Below the pieces are notes generated by a model, which was not told the origin of the DNA, ran no database searches, and saw only the letters and a program-made list of their open reading frames with translations. Positions 56,622-64,000 of a DNA stretch of 64,000 nucleotides are shown here, piece by piece (the first letter of the stretch is position 1; every line of letters starts with the position of its first letter). The translations under genes were made by a program, and so were the position numbers. The stretch comes from Balneolales bacterium (lineage in GTDB: Bacteria; Bacteroidota; Rhodothermia; Balneolales; HLUCCA01), in assembly GCA_041749075.1 (NCBI GenBank), contig JBGTBY010000016.1:4015-68014 (forward strand). Direction: 5' to 3'.

Positions 56622-58073
56622 ATGATGAAACGAAAAGATTTCATAAAGGCATGTACTCTCGCGGCTGCGGCGATGGGTGTTGCCCCTTCAACCTTATTCA
56701 GCAAAACAAATAGAGCATCCGATGTGCTTGCACTTGTTGAAGCCTATTATGGCGATCCGGATGATGTGAGCGAAATCGGTCGAGCCCGCAAGATGCAAGC
56801 CTTTATCATGGAGCTGTCTCAAAAGGCCAAATCCCGGAATCCGAACTTCCAAGTCATTCCTCAGGATACGCTGCAGTATGCCCACATCGATGGCGATGAG
56901 AACAAGGCGTATGACATGAATCTCCTGAATCTGATTGATGGATGGGGGATTGAAAATTTCAGCCCCACCACGGTACGTCGGTTGGCAAAACTCACTGAGA
57001 TCGGAAAAAAAGGAACAGCGAACACCAATGGAAGCACGCTTCATGTGGTTGCGGACAATCAGAGAATCGCTGCCGAGAATAACCTTCTGTGGCATCCGCG
57101 GATGAGTTCTGAGGTGTATCGGTCGCCCGGAATCGGAAATCCGGGGTATGAACCCATTTATTCGCCCTCATCCAATAGTTATAACATCATCCATCATCCC
57201 ATCCCTTCTGGCGTGGCGCAAACCATCAATAGTAAGGATGTGAACACAATGATGGATGCGAAAAACTATCTGTATATGCTCAGTTCGGGCAAATACTCGA
57301 ATTGGTCGGCGTGGGAAGCGGATCCGGGCAATCGTCTGGATATTTCAAGCAACGCGGGGTATTTGGTTCCTTTCAAGGGAGGACGATTTCGGCCGACAGG
57401 TCCAGCCGAAATCGTCGCCCAGGCGATTAAAGACCACGGAACGCAATGGGATTTCTTCTGGGTCGCGAAAGGATACAAAGTCGATGAAGGTCGCAAGGCC
57501 TACATTGATGAGCTGGCAGCCTCGCAATGGGATGCGTTTTACATCGATGCGCATTTCAATATGGGTGCGCTGAGCAAAGACGAAGTCGAGCGGCTGAAAA
57601 CGAAACCGCAAGGCGGAAGACGCTTGGTGATCGCTTATTTAAGTATCGGCACCACCGAGTTGTATCGTTGGTTTGCCGATCCGGCCATGGTGGATCCAAG
57701 TACGAATCGATTCATGCATGGTGCGGTCGAGGAAGGAATCTTCAAACCCGCACGCGAACGGTTTTGGGATATGGGCGCTCCGAATTGGATGCTCTGGCCG
57801 GCGTATTCCGGACAGTATGCGGATGAAGCCACTCCGATCTGGTGGCATCCGGAATGGAGGGACATCATCATCCGTGGTGGAAGTCCTTATAAGAACCCCA
57901 GGTTCGATCACTCCCAGTTTCCCGATGGCAGATCTTCCATCGATCGCATCGTGGACATGGGTTTTGATGGCGTCTATATGGATAATGTGAGTCGAGCGGC
58001 ATCCTCCGGCGCGAATTGGACGGCCTTGCAGACCTACAACAACGCAAATCCCAAATGGTATTTGGAGCCGTGA
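56622..58073 (+). CDS. Tat-exported GH114/GH166-like endo-alpha-1,4-polygalactosaminidase-like protein
   Basis: KRKDFIK Tat-like signal; VIAYLSIG..E.YR, WHPEWRDII and GFDGVYMDNV motifs. Confidence 0.78.
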   Translation: MMKRKDFIKACTLAAAAMGVAPSTLFSKTNRASDVLALVEAYYGDPDDVSEIGRARKMQAFIMELSQKAKSRNPNFQVIPQDTLQYAHIDGDENKAYDMNLLNLIDGWGIENFSPTTVRRLAKLTEIGKKGTANTNGSTLHVVADNQRIAAENNLLWHPRMSSEVYRSPGIGNPGYEPIYSPSSNSYNIIHHPIPSGVAQTINSKDVNTMMDAKNYLYMLSSGKYSNWSAWEADPGNRLDISSNAGYLVPFKGGRFRPTGPAEIVAQAIKDHGTQWDFFWVAKGYKVDEGRKAYIDELAASQWDAFYIDAHFNMGALSKDEVERLKTKPQGGRRLVIAYLSIGTTELYRWFADPAMVDPSTNRFMHGAVEEGIFKPARERFWDMGAPNWMLWPAYSGQYADEATPIWWHPEWRDIIIRGGSPYKNPRFDHSQFPDGRSSIDRIVDMGFDGVYMDNVSRAASSGANWTALQTYNNANPKWYLEP

Positions 58074-58074
58074 T

Positions 58075-60348
58075 ATGAAAAAAAGTATCGTCCCGATTTT
58101 GCTTTGTTTGTTCATCAGCGTCGCCCAGGCTCAGAATCTTGTTCCACAAAACATCAACGTCACGGAATTTGTCGGTGATATTCCGAATCCGGATCGAGGC
58201 TTTTACACTCCCGGTGGTGGTGGTGTCGTTCCGATCAGCGGTGGAACACAGGGTGGTGGTTCGCGCGCCGGATTCACCCGCATCGCAGGCACGAACACCG
58301 ATGTGGAGGTCCGCATCAGTTATGTTTCCTTCAATCTGAGGAATTTCTCAGGTCATGCGCATGTCGATGGGGTCACAGAAAACGGACCCATTTCTGATGA
58401 AGGTCTCGCTTATTACCGACGAACCTTGGATGCGATTCGCGCTGAGGATGGTGTCGCATTCATGCAGCATAGCTATGACAACAGCGCTTGGGATATCGAA
58501 AAAGACGAGTTGGCATTCAGTCCGGAGCCCTATGGACAATGCACAGTGCCTGGCTTTGAGCATCTGAACTGGGTGCAATATCACATCAAACAGTTGGAAC
58601 CCATCTGGCGCGAGAATGAGGACATCATCTTCGCGCATAAGGGTGGCTTTTTCGGTCCGTGGGGTGAAATGCATTCATCCGAATACGGCAATAGCGCCGA
58701 GGCCTACGCATGGCTGATGCAAGCGTTGTTGGATGCGGTCCCCGCTTCGCGGAAGCTGGCCGTTCACGCCGGCGCCTATATTTCGTGGTACAACGTCACG
58801 CATGGCACCCCATTCACTTTCGCCAACATGCATTTTCTTCCGGTTCCGCAGCGAGATACCCCGGAATCGCGATTTGGACTGCTGAACGATAGTTATGCGA
58901 ACGGTTTGTCGCATATGAACGGGTTGTATAGCGACATGGACTCCTTTTCAGAAGGGGCTCAGGTACTTGGAACCAAATATGACTTCGATCGGGATAAGGT
59001 GTTGTATTGGATCCGCGGTCAGAACGGTCCTATTGGTGGAGAAACGAATGAAATGAGTTCCCGACCCTATGATGTGCCCCCATCCATCTTTTATGAAGCC
59101 TCCATCATGGGCACCACCCATCTGAATACGGGTTGGTATGGGATCAATCACAAGCGATGGGAGGATTTCAGGTACACCGAAGCAAATGTCACGGCACCCA
59201 TCACCTATCCGCACAATGGAAAAACCGTGCGTGTGATGTATGATCCGGTATATGAGGGCCGCAACGGACTCGAATACATGCGCGATCGATTGGGCTATCG
59301 CTTGGTCCTGCGTGAAGCGAAAGCAAGTGAAACAATTGAGCCGGATGGGGACCTTCACTTCAATGGGAAGATCCAAAATGTCGGTTTCGGAAACGTGATC
59401 AACCGGAAGAATGTGTATGTGCTGTTGGAAAATTCGTCCACGGGCGAGGTCTACAAGGCCCTCACGAATTTGGATGCACGGGATTGGCTGAAAGATCAGA
59501 ACATCCCGATGAATAACCGTCCTGACAATACCGCATCCTTCCGTGAGATGAATGTTGCTCTCAATCTGAGCCAATTTCACAAAGCGGTTCCGGCAGGTGA
59601 GTACACGATCTACATGAAGATCAGCGATCCGAAAGCGAAGCAAGACCATCTTCGGAACATCCGGTTCGCAAACAATGACAGCGGAGACGGACCGATGTGG
59701 AATTCGACACTCGGCGCGAATCGGATCGGTTCGACAACGGTTAAATCTCAAAACTCAACTGTTTTTGTACCGAAGTACAAGGTGGGGGATATAGGTCCCG
59801 GTGGTGGAAGAATCGTGTATGTGGATGAGGATGGATTTGAGATCCTCACCGATCCGCTTCAACCGACATCAAAACGTGTCGCGCATTACATCGAGATCGG
59901 ACCAGAGGACATCGCCGGTGGAGTGCCGGTGACGTGGGCATCGCGGGATAGCCTGTATGCGGTCCGAAACGGAATCGCCACATATCCCCAGTTGGGCGCC
60001 GGATCGTATAACACGGGCTTCATCCTTCGAACGACGGATCCGGTAGTGAATCCCGGAGATCCCGCATCACCTGCGGCAAAAGCCGCGGACGAGTACGTAC
60101 ATAATGGCATCCGCGATTGGTTCTTACCCACTCAGGACGAACTGCTTGAAATCAGATCGTATGTCTTGAATCATCCCGACGATCCCCTGACAAAGGATAT
60201 GAAAGGGAAAACCTATTGGTCATCAACCGATACCATCCGGGCTTGGCCGGTCTGCATTGAAATGGATGCGGACGCGAATTGGCGCAATACCGGCAACAAA
60301 CATTCCGCATCCCATATGTATTACGTCCGACCAGTTCGGGTTTTTTAA
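58075..60348 (+). CDS. Secreted DUF4832-like hydrolase (paralogue 2) with a C-terminal DUF1566/Lcl C-type-lectin-like domain
   Basis: NPDRG, GPWGEMH, GGET and RLGYRL motifs; tail YKVGDIGPGGG..DWFLPTQDEL..YWSST..VRPVR. Confidence 0.78.
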   Translation: MKKSIVPILLCLFISVAQAQNLVPQNINVTEFVGDIPNPDRGFYTPGGGGVVPISGGTQGGGSRAGFTRIAGTNTDVEVRISYVSFNLRNFSGHAHVDGVTENGPISDEGLAYYRRTLDAIRAEDGVAFMQHSYDNSAWDIEKDELAFSPEPYGQCTVPGFEHLNWVQYHIKQLEPIWRENEDIIFAHKGGFFGPWGEMHSSEYGNSAEAYAWLMQALLDAVPASRKLAVHAGAYISWYNVTHGTPFTFANMHFLPVPQRDTPESRFGLLNDSYANGLSHMNGLYSDMDSFSEGAQVLGTKYDFDRDKVLYWIRGQNGPIGGETNEMSSRPYDVPPSIFYEASIMGTTHLNTGWYGINHKRWEDFRYTEANVTAPITYPHNGKTVRVMYDPVYEGRNGLEYMRDRLGYRLVLREAKASETIEPDGDLHFNGKIQNVGFGNVINRKNVYVLLENSSTGEVYKALTNLDARDWLKDQNIPMNNRPDNTASFREMNVALNLSQFHKAVPAGEYTIYMKISDPKAKQDHLRNIRFANNDSGDGPMWNSTLGANRIGSTTVKSQNSTVFVPKYKVGDIGPGGGRIVYVDEDGFEILTDPLQPTSKRVAHYIEIGPEDIAGGVPVTWASRDSLYAVRNGIATYPQLGAGSYNTGFILRTTDPVVNPGDPASPAAKAADEYVHNGIRDWFLPTQDELLEIRSYVLNHPDDPLTKDMKGKTYWSSTDTIRAWPVCIEMDADANWRNTGNKHSASHMYYVRPVRVF

Positions 60349-60360
60349 CATCACAATCTT

Positions 60361-62094
60361 ATGAAAATCATTATCACCTTACTCGCATGTAGTGCGATCG
60401 TTTATTCAGGCTGTCAGCAATCACGGCTTGTTCCTCAGCAGCTGAACTTCACCGAAAATCCGGTGGATGTGCCGAATCCGGACAGAGGTTTTTATAGGCC
60501 ACAAACGTATGTGCTTCCTGTTGAAAGCGATACCGTGCCACGGTTGACCAATTTATCGACAACGATCGCAGGCACCGATGTTTGGGTGGATTCTCGCATC
60601 GTATATATGGCGTTTGACCTGAAAAACTTTTCGTCGAACGCACCTCTCAATGGATTGCCGCTCGGAGAATGGAGTGCGGAGGGTGCGCTTCCGCCCGAGT
60701 ATGGCAAAACCCAACCATTGACTCCCGCCGCGTTGGATTATGTGAGGGCGGCACTCCAAAATCTGCGAGACAGTGAGGCCGTTGCCATTGTGAAATTCAG
60801 TTACGACGGACGCGGTTATACCTATAATAATCGCGGTGGATATGACTTACCCCTTCATGATTGCGAGCCAGGCGCACCGCAAGGTCGGGTTTGGTATGAG
60901 ACGGGTGTTGAAGAGAAATCCGATTTATGCGGCATTCCAGGACATGAAGACAAAAACTGGGTGCAATATCATATGTGGCAATTGGGACATGTGTTCAGCG
61001 AGTTCGAAGATGTCATCATGGTTGTGAAAGGGGGTTTGTTCGGACCCTGGGGTGAAATGCACTCATCATCGTATGCCAGAACAGCGGAAGGGTACAACTG
61101 GCTATTGAATGCGTTACTGGGTTATGTGCCGGAATCGCGTTCCATATTGGTGCATGCGGGCGGAGTGATGGCATGGCATAACGTCGAATATGGCACCAAT
61201 TACAGCTTTACCAATTTGATGCCGGCCCCAGCACCTGGCACTCCTGCGCAGCGATTCGGTATGCGCAACGACAGTTATTCACGGGGTGGAGATGGGTATA
61301 CGGATGGGGGCTCACTGTCAGAAGGATTTCGTTTGATCGGAGGTGATTACGATCGCAACGCAGCCTTAACCTGGATTCGGAATCAAAACAATTTCTATGG
61401 CGGCGAAACGGTGAGGAACGGAAATGAACCTGGTAATCTATATCCCCGATTTCCAAACGTTCCTCATGAAGCTGCCTATGCGCGCACTACTCATTTGAAC
61501 ACCAGTTATAGTTCAGCCGCCTATGTGAATTGGGCTGATTTTATCTATACGGAAGCGACCATCACCGCACCGTTCACCCCGCCGCACGATGGCGTGACTC
61601 GCACGGCCATTTTCGACCCTGTATATGACGGCAAAAACGGAATGGAATACATGCGCGACAGGATGGGATTTCGTTTGGTCTTGCGCGAAGCATTTGCCAG
61701 CGAATCGGTGAATCAAAAGGGGACCCTGAGATTCGAAGGCAAGATTCAAAATGTTGGCTTTGGTCTAATCGTGAACAAGAAAGATGTGTCGGTACTCCTG
61801 AAATCCAAATCCGGATCCGAGCACTACACGTTATTGACCAACATCGACGCAAGGGATTGGCGGCCTGAATTGGATAGCCGGGCAACCAATACATCCGCAT
61901 GGCGGGATCTCGCCTTCTCGATCGACATGGGAGCATTTGGGGATGTTCCGCCTGGCGAGTATGACATCTTTTTAAAGATCAACGATCCGAAAGAAACCAC
62001 TACAAACAAGCGAAGCATCCGGTTCGCGAATTATGATATCTGGAATGCGGACCTAGGCGCGAATCGCATCGCCTCCATCAAAGTCACACCATAA
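60361..62094 (+). CDS. Lipoprotein, DUF4832-like hydrolase (paralogue 3)
   Basis: SG-C lipobox; NPDRGF, GPWGEMH, GGET and IRFAN motifs. Confidence 0.8.
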   Translation: MKIIITLLACSAIVYSGCQQSRLVPQQLNFTENPVDVPNPDRGFYRPQTYVLPVESDTVPRLTNLSTTIAGTDVWVDSRIVYMAFDLKNFSSNAPLNGLPLGEWSAEGALPPEYGKTQPLTPAALDYVRAALQNLRDSEAVAIVKFSYDGRGYTYNNRGGYDLPLHDCEPGAPQGRVWYETGVEEKSDLCGIPGHEDKNWVQYHMWQLGHVFSEFEDVIMVVKGGLFGPWGEMHSSSYARTAEGYNWLLNALLGYVPESRSILVHAGGVMAWHNVEYGTNYSFTNLMPAPAPGTPAQRFGMRNDSYSRGGDGYTDGGSLSEGFRLIGGDYDRNAALTWIRNQNNFYGGETVRNGNEPGNLYPRFPNVPHEAAYARTTHLNTSYSSAAYVNWADFIYTEATITAPFTPPHDGVTRTAIFDPVYDGKNGMEYMRDRMGFRLVLREAFASESVNQKGTLRFEGKIQNVGFGLIVNKKDVSVLLKSKSGSEHYTLLTNIDARDWRPELDSRATNTSAWRDLAFSIDMGAFGDVPPGEYDIFLKINDPKETTTNKRSIRFANYDIWNADLGANRIASIKVTP

Positions 62095-62099
62095 ATAAA

Positions 62100-62125
62100 G
62101 CCCCGGATTCTTGCGAACCCGGGGC
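62100..62125. terminator. Hairpin between convergent genes
   Basis: GCCCCGG-N12-CCGGGGC, A-rich on the left. Confidence 0.7.
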
Positions 62126-62133
62126 CTCTTACA

Positions 62134-62204
62134 GATTCCCGATTCCCGATTCCCGATTCCCGATCACTGATAACGGTCTACGGTCTACAAGCTACGGTCA
62201 ACGG
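62134..62204. repeat. Heptamer tandem repeats (GATTCCC)x4 and (ACGGTCT)-like x4
   Basis: gattcccgattcccgattcccgattcccgat and acggtctacggtctacaagctacggtcaacgg. Confidence 0.88.
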
Positions 62205-64000
62205 TTTAAACTCACATCAATCAACTGCAGCACATGCGCGGTGTGGGCACGGGTTTCGATGTTGCCTGCTGATTTGCCTTTGAGTTGCGTTTCGATGGAT
62301 CGCAATTGAAGCAACGCCGCAGATTGGGTCTGGCGATCGAACTTCATCGGTCCCTCATTCGCCACGATGTCGGCCAAACGGGTTGTGTAGTCCAATTGCA
62401 GGTTCTGACGGAAGGTGTTTACATTTCCTCCGATGTCGGCACGGAAGATGGATGTGGTCAGATCCGCAAACACTTCAGCGACAGGGTATTGGTTGCCATA
62501 TAAGCGGCTGTCGGTCATCCGTTTGGTCGTTACCGGATGCATCACATGGTTCAACACATTTCGCTGAGCTGCCAAGACCGCATCATGGATTTTCGGGTCT
62601 TCTGTTGACGAGAAGAAGTTGAAGCCGCGACGTTCGGTCTGAAGGTAGGCGATCAACTCACCCGGTGCTTTGAATGCATCCGGAGCGAAGAGGTAGGCGT
62701 CGAGCGTGCTCATGGCCTGCTTTTGACGATCCCGTGCGACGGGCGTGAATGGTTGCGCAGCTCCAGGCTGACCTACGAATCCGCGGTTCACATGCACACC
62801 ACCAATGTAGCGCGACACGACGCCCATTTGTCCGGCGTAGGTGCCGAATGCCATCTGGTATGAGTTGCGAAGACGCTGATACGACTCTCCTTCGCGTGGA
62901 ATCGTGGATTTCAGCTTGCCATATAACTCGTTGATGAGCTCGGCACGACCGATCGCATACACGATGGCATCGCTCGACATGTCATCCACATTCACATGTG
63001 GATCAATGGCTTTGCCAGCCGATCGCATGTCATCGGCATCGTTACCGAACGCCAATTCTTTCTCGGTGCTGCGAGCCAAGATGGCATTACGGCGGCTTTC
63101 ATCCGTCGAATAACCGAAATCGATGGCCCACACATCATATGGACCCGGAACGATATCGTAATACAGCCCTTGCTGTGATTTGTCGCGAGCGATGTTCACG
63201 GTGGAATAATCCATCACAGAGCCCGTAAGTCCCACACGCGACGTAAGTTCACGATTATGAATGGCCACTGGATCATGCAACTGCGAAGCCTTCATGTTAT
63301 GGTTCAAACCAAGCGTATGGCCCACTTCATGCAAGATCAGCATGCGGATCGCTTCGTTGGTCAACCGGCTGATTTCCTCATCACCCGCATCCATCGCCAA
63401 CGCATATGTCATCGCGAATTGATGGTTGCGCTGCATCATGTTCCCAAAGGAGCAAAAACCTGCGATGTGGTCGTTGCCTTCTGGAGCATATAATTCGTCT
63501 TCAATGGATCTGCCACGCATGAACGCATATTCGAGCATCACATCGGCACCCAGGATCTGTCCGGTGAGGGGATTGGTGAAGCTCGGGCCGTATCCGCCGA
63601 ACGGAGGAATCGGGGATGACGTCCAGCGAAGCACATTGTAGCGGATGTCGCCGGCATCCCAATCGGCGGTGTCGGGCTGAATCTTTACGGCCATGGCATT
63701 GCTGAAACCAGCGGCCTCAAACGCGATGTTCCACGCCAGAACTCCTTCAGCGATCGCATCCCGCATATTCAATGGAGTGGTGTTCTCAATCCACCAGGTG
63801 ATCGGCTCGACCGGATCCGAGATCGCCGCAGCTGGATTTTTCTTCACCAAATGCCAACGTGTCACAAGGTCACGGAAGTTCGTGGGTCCAAGGTTTGTGA
63901 GGTCGGTCACATCATTTGTGAAAAAACCCACACGAGCATCGGCGAAGCGTGGCTTGAACTCGTTTTCAGGCACGGCGATGAAGCTGTGCTGCGAACGGAT
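62198..64000 (-). CDS. Zinc-dependent metalloprotease (EcxA/DUF5117-DUF4953 type), 5' end outside the window
   Basis: PRFADARVGFF, HEVGHTLGLNHN and SVMDY Met-turn; the frame stays open to the window edge. Confidence 0.92.
   Translation of the reverse strand: MRSQHSFIAVPENEFKPRFADARVGFFTNDVTDLTNLGPTNFRDLVTRWHLVKKNPAAAISDPVEPITWWIENTTPLNMRDAIAEGVLAWNIAFEAAGFSNAMAVKIQPDTADWDAGDIRYNVLRWTSSPIPPFGGYGPSFTNPLTGQILGADVMLEYAFMRGRSIEDELYAPEGNDHIAGFCSFGNMMQRNHQFAMTYALAMDAGDEEISRLTNEAIRMLILHEVGHTLGLNHNMKASQLHDPVAIHNRELTSRVGLTGSVMDYSTVNIARDKSQQGLYYDIVPGPYDVWAIDFGYSTDESRRNAILARSTEKELAFGNDADDMRSAGKAIDPHVNVDDMSSDAIVYAIGRAELINELYGKLKSTIPREGESYQRLRNSYQMAFGTYAGQMGVVSRYIGGVHVNRGFVGQPGAAQPFTPVARDRQKQAMSTLDAYLFAPDAFKAPGELIAYLQTERRGFNFFSSTEDPKIHDAVLAAQRNVLNHVMHPVTTKRMTDSRLYGNQYPVAEVFADLTTSIFRADIGGNVNTFRQNLQLDYTTRLADIVANEGPMKFDRQTQSAALLQLRSIETQLKGKSAGNIETRAHTAHVLQLIDVSLNR

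Overview
A mostly housekeeping, gene-dense bacterial chromosome window. A T9SS C-terminal domain of the 'QNFPNPFNPST...YDLLGREV' type, TAnnTTTG promoter boxes and a dnaN gene without dnaA point to the FCB group, probably Balneolota or Rhodothermota (inference). Left to right it holds: the edge of a tRNA-Phe-integrated element (partial tyrosine integrase); recJ-pheA; dnaN; a 1.6-kb two-gene module bounded by 94-bp inverted repeats; a MacB/FtsX-type ABC permease array with its adaptor, ATPase and sigma-54 two-component system; hemW, Wzi, tricorn protease and a porin; scpA/meaB interrupted by a T9SS CotH gene; sbtAB; two ECF sigma modules; a PAS-only protein; gcvP; a five-gene secreted glycoside-hydrolase-like operon; and a partial zinc metalloprotease. 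The most unusual signals are (1) the GTAC-repeat-bounded cassette at 6488-8101, (2) a three-promoter sigma-54 regulon with base-pair-conserved geometry, two members of which look leaderless, (3) a REP-like palindrome translated inside a T9SS sorting domain, and (4) the triple DUF4832-like operon with a permuted GH114-like gene. All family calls come from reading motifs by eye; no searches were run.
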